A stretch of DNA of 64,000 bases, taken from the human T2T-CHM13v2.0 reference genome, Homo sapiens. Within the stretch, counting starts at the first letter, position 1. Every line of letters begins with the position of its first letter. The stretch lies in NCBI RefSeq assembly GCF_009914755.1, contig NC_060943.1; one strand, given 5' to 3'. A model generated the notes under the pieces. It was not told the origin of the DNA. It saw nothing but the letters and a program-made list of their open reading frames with translations, and searched no databases. Below are positions 1 through 16,645 of the stretch, piece by piece. The position numbers and the translations under genes are program-made.

Positions 1-916
1 GGTCCTCACAGCAGCGCTGCATGGTCGGACCTCATCACCCACATTCCACCAAGAGGAAGCTGAAGCCCGGGGCCTTCATCCACTCATGTCCTCCAGACCC
101 CTGGCACCCATCCTGGGCCCCACCCCATCATCCAGGCCTTGGGCCTTCGACCTGGGGAGAGTCCCTGTCTCCTCCATGAGCCGTCCAGGGCCTGAAGAGG
201 TATCCAATAAACAAGAAAGCAGAACACAAAGAGCTGTGATGGAGTGGATCTTATGTAGTAAGAATAAAATTATTTTGAGAAATTACTGGGTCACGTATTT
301 ACCCACAGAAAAACAGAAGCAAACACACGCGTGCGCACACACACACACACACACACACCACACAGGCTGTCACGTGTCCTCAGCACAAAGTGCCTTGAGC
401 AAGGCCATTGCTGGCCCCACACTTATCCTGACTGTGATCTTGCTGTGATCAGCACATCCCATCAGTGTGGCAACAGGTGTGGCCAGAGTGGGAACCAGGC
501 CTTTTCTTCAGATTTGCTCTTTGTTCCTGAATAGCCACCGTCAGAACAGACACCCTCCTAGGAGTCACTTGATTAAAAATTTCCTTTTGGATATTTAGGT
601 TGATGTTTTATCCATCGGTTAAAGTATAAATGTATATTTATTATAAAAGTGTAATTATGGCTCTAATTAATGATTATGGTGAATTTTACTAACTATAGCT
701 ATGAAAATATTCCAATAGATAAAAACAGTGCTAAAAATGTACAGTTAATCCAAGAGTGGTAACTTTAAGTCTTGTAATTTTTGATCTAATAAATCTTCAT
801 AAAATATACATGATCATGAAGTACATCAGTAGAATTAATCCTAATATTTACAGCAATACTTGGCGTGCTGTCTCTCATAAAAAATAACATTAATAGTAAA
901 AAAAAAAGAAGAAATC

Positions 917-1275
<359 letters not shown>

Positions 1276-1323
1276 TCATTTGGGGCATGACTATGTGAAG
1301 TAATAAATTTTGTTTGGGCATTA

Positions 1324-1701
1324 ATATGGGATGACCTATGTCTCCCCCTAAATTCATGTGTTGAGGTCCTAACCCCAGTATCTCAGAATATAACTGTATT
1401 TGGAGATAAGGCCTTTGAAAAGGTGATTACAGTAAAAGGTCATATGAGCAGGACCTAATCCAAGCTGACTGGTGTCCTTATAAGAAGAGGAGATTAGGGC
1501 ACAGACACACACTCAGCGGCCATGTGAAGACACAGGGAGGAATTGGCCATGGATAAACCAAGGGATAGACCCTCAGAAAAAACCATCCTGCCAACACTTT
1601 GATCTCATGCTTCTGCCTTCCAGAACTGTGAGGAACTGAATTTCTCCTGTTCAAGCCACCCCTCTGGTGCCCTTGATTATGGCAGTCCTGGGGGATTAAC
1701 A
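1324..1701 (+). mobile_element. MaLR LTR (MLT1-type); duplicate at ~20454-20833
   Basis: Typical MLT1 motifs (CCTAACCCCAGTATCTCAGAAT...TATTTGGAGATAAGG, CCATGTGAAGAC, CCAGAACTGTGAG). Confidence 0.8.
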
Positions 1702-1966
1702 CAGGCAGAAGGAAAATGAAGGATGCAAGAGTCAGAGAAAGGAAGAAAATGAAATGTAATTTCTCCTCAAACAATTTTCAAAATAATGGACTTTGGGAAA
1801 ACACTTTCAGGAAATTATTCTAAACTGGGTGTTTGACGTTTTATTCTAAACTGGGTGTTTAGTGTTTTAAGTGTTTTGAAGTTTTTACTATTAATAGAAC
1901 TATTTGAATAGTTGAAGAGGAAACATATTTGAAACCTGATGATATTATGACTCCTGGCTAAGGTTC

Positions 1967-2407
1967 TGTAACCAATGGAAAGTCTTGACTGTGAGTTGTC
2001 CAGGCTCTTGGCATGTTAAACAAAGAATTGAACAAAAATCACAAGCAAAACAGTGGAAGAGGAAGACATAGATTTATTCAAGTGAAAGTACATGCCCCAG
2101 AGTGGGAGTGGGCTCGAGCAAGCAGCTCAAGAGCTCTGAGTGTTGGTAACCCCCCTGGGGTACCATTTAGAGGCCTCCAATTGGTTGCACCCTATGCAAA
2201 TGAAGGATTTGGTGCGTGGCCAATCAGAGACTGAAGTGGAGTTACATCCTATGCAAATGAAGATTGATTGGCGGCCAATCAGAGGCTGAAGTGAAGGCTT
2301 GGCCCATGGCCATCAAAGGCTGAAGTTCTCCCTTTGGTTTAATTCCAAGAAGTCAGCCGTGGGTTGGCCTTAGGCTCCTTGTCTCCAGACCCTATTCTCC
2401 TGCCTCA
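1967..2407 (-). mobile_element. Solo ERV1 LTR, MER51-like
   Basis: TG...CA termini and 4-bp TSD GTTC (1963-1966 and 2408-2411). The minus strand starts TGAGGCAGGAGAATAGGGTCTGGAG, with repeated CCAATCAGAG/ATGCAAAT units. Confidence 0.8.
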
Positions 2408-4006
2408 GTTCCTTCTTTAGAATATATTACTAATAACTGCCTGGGAATGATATTGCCCTAGACATAGACACTTGAGTGACTTCCTGCAATGTAGCCTTCT
2501 AAGAGAGTCCATCCCTACAGCATGTCCACAGGCAGTGTGAGGCTTCAGGGGTCCCCTGGCAGCTGGCAGCACTGAAGAATGAGTTCAAGCTTGAAAATTG
2601 ACTGCTAATCACAGCAACAATAAAACTATTATTTTTTAAAAATCTGATAACATTCTAGATTCATCATTTTTTGCCCCAGTTTGTTCCTTGGTGGTGATAT
2701 TCACCTTAAGCCTCAGGGTCTAGAGAAAAGAGAAGGTCTCTCAGGAATTTTAGCATTAGGGTAAATCTTACAAATGGACATTTGCCAGAGAGTGTAGGGA
2801 GCATTTGGAAGCCTGGCAGCAGGGCTGAGAGGATGAGAGGGATAGGAGAGATAAGTGAGAGAGGAGGCACATACTCCAGGGAGGGCCTGGGAATGTGCTG
2901 CATAGCAGAGGCAGGAAGGGTACACAGAGAGAGTGGACAGGTTCTTGTCTGGAAACCCAGAGACACAGAGCACAAGATGGGTAGCCAGAGCCGGGGTTTC
3001 GCCATAGTGCCCAGGCTGGTCTCCAACTCCTGGCCTCAAGCCATCCACCCACCTCGACCAAACTGCTGGGATTACAGGTGTGATTCACGACGCCGGCCTT
3101 TTTATTAATTTTTAAACCACTTTTTCTTCAAATTTGGACTGGAAAGTGAGATGAGTCACTGAGCTGGCCTTTTGATTAATTGTTTTATGGAATGCTTCAT
3201 GAATTTGGGTGTTATTTAAACCACGTTTATGTCAAATTTGGACTGGAAAGTGAGATGTCTCTAGGATACCTAGAGTAAGGTCTTACTTGACGGTCGTCAG
3301 AAAAACACAGCCAAACCTCTTCAATATTCTGTTACAGCTGATTGGAAAATGCTGGTGTTATCATTGTTTTTTCTGGTCTCTTCAAAGTTAACCCCACTTT
3401 GGAAGCAACTAGAGCCTTGTATTGGGAGAGTCCTAATCTACCCATCCGCACCACTGGTGGTTGTATAGTGGGGACAGGTGGGCTTGGAAAGTAGTGGAGA
3501 TTTGAACAGGGCTCAGGCCGTTTGGGATCTCATGTTGTAGGACTAGGGTTCAGGGAGGAATGACACAGGCTGCTTGCACTAATACATGGTTTGTTTAACA
3601 ATGGTTCTGGGCCCTGGGGTCCCTGCAGAACTCCCTGATTTCAGCCTCCTGAGGACTCATTCAGACTTCTTATTCAGATCTGACTCTGTCACCCCAGGAT
3701 ATGTTTCTTACACATTTCCCAGAGCTCTCTGTATCCCAGGGTGGGAAACTCTCAAGTTGCATCCATCCTCACACAACGAGCTGCCAGGATGAATGGGGCT
3801 CTGTCCGTGGTGCTGAACATGTGCCTCGCTGTGTGCTGGTAGGTAGATGAGTTGTCAGGCAAAGGCAGAAAACATATGAACATCAGAAGACAGGCATGGA
3901 GTGAGGTGCCTCCCACCATCCACGAGTTTCCATTACTGGTTTCCTTTTAAGCTATTCATTGGGTAACAAATTTGCTTGTCATCCTATATCGCCAAAGTCA
4001 TTGTAG

Positions 4007-4407
<401 letters not shown>

Positions 4408-4478
4408 GGAAGTTTCTCTTCATTCATTCACTTCTTTATAGATTGTCCCTTGAGGTCTTGTGAATCCTTAATTTTTCA

Positions 4479-4720
4479 AGACTAAATACTACCTTTTCTT
4501 TCATAACACATAGTATCTGATTTTCTGGGAAACTTTCTATTTGACAAAATGGGACTGGGATGTCAACATGAATTCTCCATGGAAAGGCTGATCTCACTGA
4601 TTTAGAATTTGTGGTGGTTCTTGTGGTAAGATACCTGAAGAAAATATTGCTCTTATGTGACATTAAAAAAGAAAAATGTGACACTTAAGGTGAGTAAAAT
4701 GAAGGTGTGTAGTTCTCTGC
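4479..4720 (+). repeat. Second block of segmental duplication copy A; matches ~20998-21240
   Basis: GACTAAATACT...TATCTGATTTTCTGGGAAACTTTCTATTTGACAA...TTATGTGACATTAAA is shared with 21000-21240, with somewhat more divergence than block 1. Confidence 0.9.
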
Positions 4721-4766
4721 TCCCTGGGCATTAGTATGTAGGAACTGGATGCTAGAAAATCTTTGG

Positions 4767-5417
<651 letters not shown>

Positions 5418-5593
5418 AGAAAATCTTTGGTTTCATCTTGAGGGAAAGGCAAAAGACACTGCCAGCCACTTCCCCAACACTGTCTCTGTAGATCACGTCA
5501 CTACTGTGAAACCTAAAGAACTGGCCTTTGAGGGATTTTTCAGATTTAGCACTTCAGCAGACTCAGGGCTGTCGCATGGTCCTGAGGCTCCTT

Positions 5594-6075
5594 GAGTATT
5601 GCTCCTGCCTGTTGGGCTTGTTCCACCCACTCGGCCTGGCTGCACTCAGACCACACTACCACGTCAGATCCCACACCCACCACAGGCAAGCCGGGCATGG
5701 AGTGGTGAGCGGTGTGTCAGCAAGCGAGCATGAGGTCTGGCCACTGTGCACAGCCAAGCACTCTGGCTGCTTTGGTGGAGTGGGCAGCTCCATGAGCTGG
5801 CATAGATGCCATCTCCATGCAAGGCCGTGGCTGGCCCAGATGCAGGTGCCTGCAGCAGAAGCTGCATGTGGTACATCTGGACAAGGGGAACATGGCAGTG
5901 CCTGGAAGCTTGGAGACACCAAGAACCACAGAGCCCCAAAGAGGGTGTCACAGCCTAGCTTGACAAACCCCTAGGTCTCCAGTCCTCAAAAAGCTGCAGC
6001 TTTTCTCTGCTTCTTGTTACTGGTAATGTGCAGAGTGGGAGGTCATGTTTCAGCCCTGTTCGTGTTACAGTTCTT
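5594..6075. mobile_element. ERV1 LTR fragment, MER52-like
   Basis: GC-rich LTR-type sequence (CCACCCACTCGGCCTGGCTGCACTC, GTCTGGCCACTGTGCACAGCCA) recalled as the MER52 family. Confidence 0.5.
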
Positions 6076-8488
6076 TCAGGGGCTGGGACCTAAGTTCTTT
6101 TTGCAGGTAGCAGGGACCAGCCTATGTGCGTGAAGTGTGCAGGTGGAACACAGAGCACTCCACCCACCCAGGTGGATATCAGAGGATGGGCGTTCAGGCA
6201 CTAGTGAGGCCCAACCCTCTCCCTCAGTGACATCTGCGTTCCTAATATTCTTTTTGAACATCTGAAATTCCACCAAATTCCTGCCTGTCATCTGGGAGAG
6301 ACTCCTTGAGGCCAGGTGGAAATCACACCCAGGTGTCACCAGGATAATGATTCAATCTCTTCTGCACTTATTCCAGAGGGCAAGCCCACGACAGGATGAA
6401 ATCCCAATGCTCTCCTGTGTGCCACGTTCCAGAAGCTCAGGTTCCCCAGCAGCACCTGGGGTTGTGGGAAAGTCTTTCCTGAGGCCAGCCTGGGGCATCT
6501 GGGATCAGGGGCTGCTTGCCTTTCTGGAGGGGCTCAGCTCAGGACTGAGGGGGATTCTGGGCTGGAACAGGAGTGCCTGAGTCCCGTCCAGATGGTGTCT
6601 ATGAGCTGCAGGGGGCCCTCATGCCAGGTTCTTTCTTACATAGAGGAAACTAGGGTGACAAAATGTGACCAATGGGAGTTGGAGTTTACTCTTATTTCCA
6701 AGGAAGCCATGAGAGTCCTGTGACCCTGGAAAGAGATGGGGTCCCCAATAACTAGGGACATGGCAGTGAGTGGTGCAGCCCGGCTTCCTGTCCTCAAAGA
6801 GTTTCAGGCCCACTGTCCCTGGACAGTGACAACCCAGAGTGGGGAGCTCTGGGATGGGGGACAGACACAGGCTGCTTCTTTGGGAATTTTGATATGGGGT
6901 TTTAGTGGCCCCTGCTGCTTGCTGGGAAAATTCCCCACCTTGGAATTGTAATCGATTTCAGGAGAAATGACACACAGTTGCTTATGGATATAAAATAAAT
7001 TTTATAACCAAAATAGAACCCAGTGTCAGCACTCCCCAAGAAGAAGGATTCAGGCTTGGTCCAGTGTGAAGCAAGTGGGCACTTAGGCAGGTGGCTTTGC
7101 CTATTTTTTGTGCATGGGCCCATGGTGAGGGTTGCTGCATGTGGGCTGGGTTTTGAGGGGTTCGAATGTCTTTCTGCTGTGCAGAGAGGGAGCACATGCT
7201 CTGCCCAGATGTGCAGTGGATGTGACTAAGGACTGGAAAGCTGATAATCTCCAAAACTGAATGTTCTTGCCATACAGGGAGATGAAAGGGCTGCTAGAAA
7301 ATAGCTTATCTAACCCTTTGAGAAAATGTAAAGAAAAGGTTCCAACCCAGGTGTGTGTGACCGCAAAGTCTCAGGATTGCTGAGACAGGGGCTTTTGCAT
7401 CCACGGAGCCCCGGGTTGGTCCCGCTGCCCTCCCTCCCACTCAGCCTGTGACTCCCTGGCTCTGTCATCATCTCCCTCTGCTGATTTCTCTTCCCAGCCT
7501 GACTCAGCTGCCCTGAGAGATCAGGACCAAGGCCAAGGACGGCCAGCTGGGCTCCTCCCTCCCCAGAGACGCCAACCCAACCCTGCCCTGAGGAATGTGC
7601 TTCTCCTTGGCACTGGCTGGTCTCCAGACCTAAATTCAACCCTCTTTTTAGCAGGCTGAATGCCAAGCCCAATCTCAGCCCGCCCAGGAAGGACCTAGGA
7701 CTGAGGCTGTGAGCTCTCAACTTGTTTTTTTGGGGCAACAGGCCAGGGCAGCTAGCCAGTGATTTTAGGAAAGACGAGGTGAACCTGTGCTCAGAGGATT
7801 TTTTCCTCCCAGTGTTTAGTAACTGTTTGGCTGTGACTCACTAGGAAAAGCTCATATCACATTATTTATGGCTTACACACAGCCCAAAAGAAAGTTTAAT
7901 TAAACAGACGAATAAGATACTGTAGCGTGCACATTCCTCTATTCTTTACTGATGCTAGTTTAATATCTAAGATACCCATGGTGACAAATAAATTGGTTCA
8001 CAACCTGAAGAAGTGTCACAATACCCATGTTGGAGATCACTGCTCTACCCTGCAGCTGCAGGACAGGGGAGGCCAGAAGTGAGAGTGAGAAATGGGGTCG
8101 GGGATGTGAGTGCTTATCTCATCCACCCATGAGAGCGAGTGGGCCTGCAGGACTCTGGAAATTGCATGAGTATTTCTGCTCCATCAGCCTCCTGCCTGGT
8201 CTCCTGCTCCCATCTCAATCCTCCCAACCAGCCTCCTCCCAACAGAAGGACACACGGACTTTCCTGAATCACAATCTGATCACTTATATTTCCTGCTTAG
8301 GGCCTGCCTGTAGCTCGGGTGCACTGAGAAGAAAGACCATTTCTCACCGAGGCTCATAAGGGGAGGTGGACAGGGGAAGCGATGGGTATGGTGGGAGCTT
8401 CCATGGCCTCCTTGGACTCCAGATCCTTTCAGCACCTCCATGTGTTCAGCAGCCAGGAAGTTCAATTCTTCTTGTTCAGGAGTTTTTA

Positions 8489-8783
8489 GGCTGGGCATGG
8501 TGGCTCACACCTGTAATCCCAGCACGTTGGGAGGCTAAGGCGGGTGGATCACCTGAGGTCAAGAGTTCAAGACCACCCTGGCCATCATGGGGAAACCTCA
8601 TCTCTACTAAAAAATACAAAAATTAGCCGGGCGTGGTGGCAGGCACCTGTAATCCCAGCTACTCGGGAGGCTCAGGCAGGGAGAATTGCTTGAACCTGGG
8701 AGGGGGAGGTTGCAGTGAGCCAAGATCGTGCCACTGCACTCCAGACTGGGTGACAGAGCAAAACTCTGTCTCAAAAAAAAAAA
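8489..8783 (+). mobile_element. AluS
   Basis: Full dimer with A-tail. Confidence 0.95.
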
Positions 8784-9668
8784 AGTTTTTATACTTTGGT
8801 CTTTATCGCCTCCCCATCATCACCTTTCTTGGAGGTTAGTGGGTGACACCGAAGGTTCCTTCCCTCTAATCCTCAGATCTTTTGGTCTTTCTTCTGGTGA
8901 CTGCCGTGATGCTGAGGCTACCTGGGGACCCTACCCTAAGTCATATTTTTAGCATGAGCTAATGCTGTGTGATCTGAAAGAGGCTCATTAGGAATAACAA
9001 AAGACACTCCTGTCACTCAGGATGTTCCAAGTTCAGCATCATAATAGGAAGAGGGCCAAAGAACACACATTTTCATATTACAGCACACCTGGTAAGCCAT
9101 GGGTTCATCAGACTGGACCCCCCTTACTCTGCCAAATTTGCAGCACTCATGAGTTACCAATCCCAAGGGAGGACTCCCACTGCAGGGAGGATGGCAAAGG
9201 TCACCACTGCGCTAACCACCCGGAATAGGGGTCTGAACACTTCAGCCACCGCATCTTGGGCTGCACTCTGACTACACTGAGCGTGGTGAACAGAACACCC
9301 ACAGCCACAGCCAGTTCGACAAAGCAGGTTAATTACTTACAGACAGGCAGCGAGGGACAGCGGAAGCCTAGGCTGCATGACTCACTGGTCCCCCGAGGCT
9401 CAGGAGCACGGCCCAGGGCAGATAGAGTCTCCCGTGCTTGCCCCACTTGCACCACAGCTGAGGACTCAGCAGTGAGCTCTGGGTTTTATATGTGGTGGAC
9501 ACGTCCTGGGCTAGTGTTACAGGAGACCCCCTCTGGAAGGGATGGGAATGAGGCCAGGGCTGTCCTGGGCAGTTTCTCTGTAGCTCAAGTTGTTGCATTC
9601 TCTGGGAAGAATAGAAACGAAGCCCGGGCACTTTCAGGCAGTTCCTCCTTTCTTAGGATGGTGCATTC

Positions 9669-10017
9669 TGATATAGTTTGGCTCTGTGTCCCCACACAAC
9701 TCTTCTCTCAAATTGTAATCCCCATGTGTCAGGGAAGGGGCCTGGTGGGAGGTGACTGGATCATGGGGGCAATTTCTCTATTGTTGTTCTCATGATAGTG
9801 GTCGAGTTCTCACGAGATCTGATGGCTTAAAAGTGTGTGGCAGTTCCCTGCTCCCTCTCTTTCTCTCCTGCCATCATGGAAGATGTGCCTTGCCTTCCCT
9901 TCACCCTCTGCCATGATTGTACATTTCCTGAGACCTCCTTAGTCATGAAAAACTGAATCAATTAAACCTCATTCCTCTATAAATTATCCAGTTAGCACCA
10001 TGAAAATGAACTAACAC
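9669..10017 (+). mobile_element. MaLR LTR (MST/THE1-type)
   Basis: TGATATAGTTTGGCTCTGTGTCCCCAC start and ATTAAACCTC...TATAAATTA end motifs. Confidence 0.85.
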
Positions 10018-11963
10018 GCACTTCTAGTGCATTCTACAGTGATTCTGGGAACTCTGGGCAAGAAGAAAGGTGGGAAAGCCAGAGCCATCCAATGATTGTC
10101 TCCTGGTGCCCTCCTCCAGGAAGCCATTTCTGGTGCCCTGGGCACTGCTCCCAGCCTTGCTCATCCTGGGTCATCACTGTTTGGAGAGGTGTCTCTGTCC
10201 TCCCTGGACTATGAAAACCAGGAGGGCAGGACCTGGAACTAAGTCACAACTGTGGCCATAGAATCCACTAGCACAGAGGAAGTGCACAGGGTGTATTAAA
10301 TGAATGAATGAAAAAAGTGAATTGACGATGAAAGCCCTATGTTCAGGGTGTGTCTCACTCAACCTGTCTGTCCTGTCATGGTGACTTGGTGAGACTTGTT
10401 GCCTGCAGGTCTCCAAACCTCCCTGTCTTCCAGACAGCCCCAGGGCTTCCCTGTGAAGCTGCTTCTCAGCTGTGCCCTACAGAGTCAGATGCATGGGGGA
10501 CGCTCTAAAGCTGGACTCCACAGCCCACCTTTTCCCCGCTTAGCCCTCCTAACACAGGACACAGCCACATGCAGGGCTGCAGGAGCCCAGGCTGCCAACA
10601 GCATCAACCACCTGCTAGGAGAGGGTAGGGACGGGTGAGACTCAGAGCCTTCCAGCTTACTACGTTTATAAATCCCTTGGCTGAAACTACTAGGAAAAAT
10701 AGTTGTGACTTCATCACGTGGGTTACACACAATCACAAAGAAAAGGGAAAGCAAAAATTGACAAGAGTGTGTCAGCCTCCCTAAAGGGAACATCTCCAAA
10801 TTTGGATCCCAAATGACTTTTTTCAGAGGAACCCTCCTTCCTTCTCCTCAGAACAAGCACATTCATTCACACAGGAAGGAGATTAAATTCCTGTAGAGCA
10901 GAGGAGGAAAAAACCTTTTCACAGAGGAGGTTCTGTGGTCTTAACTGTCCTGGGGTCATAATGTATTTGAGAGTCTGGAAATAATTATAAAGTTTTTTGC
11001 TCAGATTATCACGGACAATTGCAAAATATTGTGAAATGCCACTGAATTGCACACTTGAAAACACACACACATACACACATGAAAAGTTAAGCAAAAATGT
11101 GTATTTAACTGGTGGAGAGTGTTGGCGGGAGAACAAAAAGAACTGTCCAGACCTCTGGTGCTGAATGGTCTGCTCTGGTTCAACTAAAAATAAAGCCTTC
11201 GATCAATTTGGTCACTGAAAAGACTTGTTCACTTCCTGCTGATGATCAGAAACCACAGCAGAGACCTGATTTTTGGGTGTCTGCCTTAACAGAAAAGCCA
11301 CAAAGAACTGTGGTGAGGGCATGGCAGATGACAACCACAGTGCTATCAGGAGGTAACAGGTGACTGACCTCAGCCTTGATGCTCAAGAAGATTTCAGAGG
11401 ATGGGTGACATTTAAGTGAAAGAAGAAGAATGAAGAAGGATGGGGTATTGGGTGCAGAAGCAGAGGTGACGCTGTGGCTCTCCCAATTAGCTGTGTTAAG
11501 CCAAGGGCAGTGAGAACCAGGGAGGGTGTGCAGGATGTGGGTGTGGACACTTGGAATCCAGCCTACATCTTCAGGACCTTCTGCCTGCAGAGGCTGGAAG
11601 CTTCACACTTTCCTTCCCAGAGGACCTTGTAGCTGGGGTTCTGGATGCATTTGAATCTCTGGGCAGCGCAGCCATTGTGTCTCTCGGTGTAGCCACAGGA
11701 ACATCTCATGTCCAGGTGATGGCCCTGAATTGCTGAGACACTATTCTAGCCACAGAACTGGCATCCGGATCTTAATTGTTCTAGCTTCATTCCTGGTGGC
11801 AAACCCTGGGGCCTCTCCTCCAGCCCCTCCTATGACATGGAGGCTCTTAATTCACTGGTCTGCATCATACGAAGGATCCTGCCAGAGCAGGGATCAGGCT
11901 TTGGTCAACAGAAACCCCCCTTGCAGGGAGCTTCTGAAATCCCAACATTGTGTTTGGAGAAAA

Positions 11964-12230
11964 TGACTCACACAGACCCGTCCTTGTCAGCCAGCAGCAG
12001 AGGGGCCTCTGGCCTGGGGAAACCCGGCCTTCCTTCTACATACCTGCACACCTGAAATTCCACCTCATTCCCACCTGTTTCCTAGCAGGGCTTCCCTGAG
12101 GGCAGATGGAAAGGCCACTCCAAAGCTGCCAGGAGGGAGATTCCTATTTTTTCCTGGCGTAAAAGGGCAAGCAGTGGGGGAGCTGCTGACAGCGGGAAAT
12201 GCCAGCGTCCTCCGGGGTTTCACATTCCAG
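11964..12230. promoter_or_regulatory. Candidate NF-kB/AP-1 enhancer ~3 kb upstream of IGFL1
   Basis: TGACTCA at 11964-11970, GGGGAAACCC at 12016-12025, GGGAGATTCC at 12135-12144, GGGAAATGCC at 12194-12203 and GGGGTTTCAC at 12214-12223. Motif evidence only. Confidence 0.4.
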
Positions 12231-13357
12231 AAGCCAAGATCTGCCAGCCCTGCCCGGGAGCCCTGGGAACATCAGACCTGGGTGTCTTCCAGGAGTGTCT
12301 GTGAACAGAGCCTTCCTGCCCTTCCCAGAGGGGCCAGGCCTAGGGAGTTTGGCAGCCCTTGGGTAGGAGGTCAGGAGACCTGGGTCCTGGCCCAGCCTGT
12401 GTCACTGACAACCAGCAGCAGAACCTCAGCCCGTGTCCTGCTTGGATCCAGGAAGTGGGTGAGAGAATGATGGTGATGGTCGTTTGAGGTCAGGGTTTAC
12501 ATTTACTGTCCAGACACCTGGGATCTTCTCCAGACACTTGAGGACAGGCTTCCACTGGGAAATCCTGGTCCCACCTCACACATCTGGGTCCCCAGGCAGA
12601 AGACAGACCCATGCCCAGACGTGGATGCTCCAGAGTGGGCATGTTAGGAAGGGGGACTCCGAGGGATTGGTGGCGGGATTGGACATGGCTGTGTGCACAG
12701 ACTCTTCTGACACCTTAGGAAGGTGCAGGGACAGGGTTTGAACGCAGGGCTGACTGACCCTAAAGCCTCCTCATGTCTAGTTGGGGGCTCTTAGTGTCCA
12801 GGGAGCCCTGGACGGGTGCCCACTGGCCTCACACTGTCCCAGCCTCCGAGGCCTCCATGATCTGCTAAAATCTCCCTCTACCTTCCAGATGCTGCATTGA
12901 CTCAGCTGCTCTGAGAGGCCAGGAAGGAGCAGCTGGACTCCTCCCTCCTCAGAGGTGCCCACCTTGCCCCTGCCCTGGGGAAGGTGCTCCACTCTCTCAC
13001 TCTGGCTCATATGCAGGCAGCCTTGCCTCTTCTTGGTAGAGACAGTAAGACCAGTGCAGGGCTCCACTGCAGCCTCCCAGAAAATGCCTGGAACCAAGGA
13101 CCTGAGAACTCTACCCCTTTATGGAAGACATCAAAGGGGAGACATGTCAGTGGCTCTTAGAGAAGAAGGAGATGATCCTGGAGGCTTCTGTGCTCCCAAG
13201 TGTCCTCACCATTTGGCTGTGACTCCCTCCAGAAACTAGATATCTAGTTCTAGATATGTGCTATGCTATCATATAATAATATCATACGATAGAACAATAT
13301 AATAATATTCTATCATTACTTGGAATATACACAGTCCCAATAAGAGGGTCCTAAACA

Positions 13358-13650
<293 letters not shown>

Positions 13651-15135
13651 AATTTTTTTTAAAGTGTCATAAACAGTTGAGCACAGCATTCTGTTGAATG
13701 CACACTGTCCCATTTTCTAACCCATTTCTTCACTTAAAAATAACATTGTTTATGCCCAAGTAAATTGATTTTCCATGCTACTAGCACATCCTAATCTGTG
13801 TCCTAGAAAACACTGCTGTACCCCACAGCAGCAAGGAACAGAGGCCAAGGGAGCAGACAGGGAGATGGTGCTGGAAGCAGGGTCTGCTCTGTCGAGGGAG
13901 AAGGTGGGTGCTGAGCACTCTGGTATTTATTGAAGTCATTTCTCTGCAGCCTCTTCCTGTGTCTCCTGCCTCCAGAGAGAAGCCCCTATCCGTGCTCCCC
14001 AGGAACACAGATGCAGGATCTTCCACACACACAAATCTAACCACATCCATGCCCTGCTAGGAGCCAGCCATGGTGCCTAGAGGGTGACAGGTCACCTTGC
14101 CTGGCCCGGAGGAGAACGGCTTGTCCATGCCATGTGTGGCCTGTGAGCTTGAGCGGAGGAATTCCTGCAGAAGCTGGGCAGGGGTAGGGGGGCACAGAAC
14201 TGACCCAAAACAGCTCCTTCCCCTCTGTCCTCACATCCTGACCCCAAGATGGCTCTTCTCAGGGAAAATCACAACCCAACCCTCTGAAAAAGCACATTAA
14301 GGAAAAACACCTTTGAGAATCTCAGGGGGGGATGTGGAATTTCTCCACCAGAACTTCACAGTGATAATGACACCAAACACAAGAACGACAATAACCAAAA
14401 TCAGGAGTTTTATTCTCCTACCTTCTCTCTCTCTCTCTCTCCTCTCACTGTCATGAACGTCACGAAGACACTGACTTTGCGTTTTCTACTCAGCACTGCA
14501 TCACTGGTGTCTGACACGAAGCCTGGGACATGTAGGCTCCCAAGTGGACCTGTCCTGGGTAAATGACCATTAATGAGACAGAGAAGGAGATGAAGAGCCC
14601 CCAGAGGAGTGTTGAGTCCCAGGGGTCCCGCCAGCTCCACTCCCACCTTCCAAACCTGTGAAAGTCAGGTGCCTGAGTCACACAGTCTCTCCCACCTGAA
14701 TGCCATGAGCTGCAGGTGACTGAGAAGTTACTGGATTCTTGACCATGTGTTTCGGTTGTGAGGTTGGGACCTAATGGGACCCTTTGAAATGATGTCATGG
14801 GTTAGCAATGTCCCAAGGAAACTGAGGAAAGTCATAGCTCAGTAGGATCCTGTGGAATCGCTGTGTGGACATGTGAGTGTCGGAGAGTGTTAATGCCAGG
14901 AGCATCCTGAACCTTCCTATTTTCCAGAGGACTCAGTGTGGGGGACGATTGGGGCACATAGCACAGAGAAGGTGGAGGGTGTACCGCTTCTCTCCTGATT
15001 ACAAAGGTGAGATCAAAGCTACAATGACACGTACCCTGCCTGGCACCTCTCCTGCCCAAGGACCCAGCCTGTCTCTGCAGGACTTGCAGGAGGGCAGGAA
15101 ATGCCATGACATCACCAGCTCCACTAGAAATATGG

Positions 15136-16253
<1,118 letters not shown>

Positions 16254-16639
16254 TGGAACATCAGGGGAACGATGACTCCTGGATTCTCCTTCCTGGGTGG
16301 GCCTGGAGAAAGAGGCTGGTGTTACCTGAGATCTGGGATGCTGAGTGGCTGTTTGGGGGCCAGAGAAACACACACTCAACTGCCCACTTCATTCTGTGAC
16401 CTGTCTGAGGCCCACCCTGCCGCTGCCCTGAGGAGGCCCACAGGTCCCCTTCTAGAATTCTGGACAGCATGAGATGCGTGTGCTGATGGGGGCCCAGGGA
16501 CTCTGAACCCTCCTGATGACCCCTATGGCCAACATCAACCCGGCACCACCCCAAGGCTGGCTGGGGAACCCTTCACCCTTCTGTGAGATTTTCCATCATC
16601 TCAAGTTCTCTTCTATCCAGGAGCAAAGCACAGGATCAT

Positions 16640-16645
16640 AATAAA
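16640..16645 (+). terminator. IGFL1: IGFL1 polyadenylation signal AATAAA
   Basis: Canonical hexamer ~390 nt after the stop codon. Confidence 0.85.

Noticed and set aside
86-534. 120-150 aa ORFs repeated at 86..448 and 19204..19656
   Set aside because: The similarity comes from DNA duplication. The frames diverge at the (CA)n tract and there is no recognisable domain.
9256-9795. 179-aa ORF
   Set aside because: It has a non-ATG start, runs across LTR-like sequence into an MST LTR, and has no domain.
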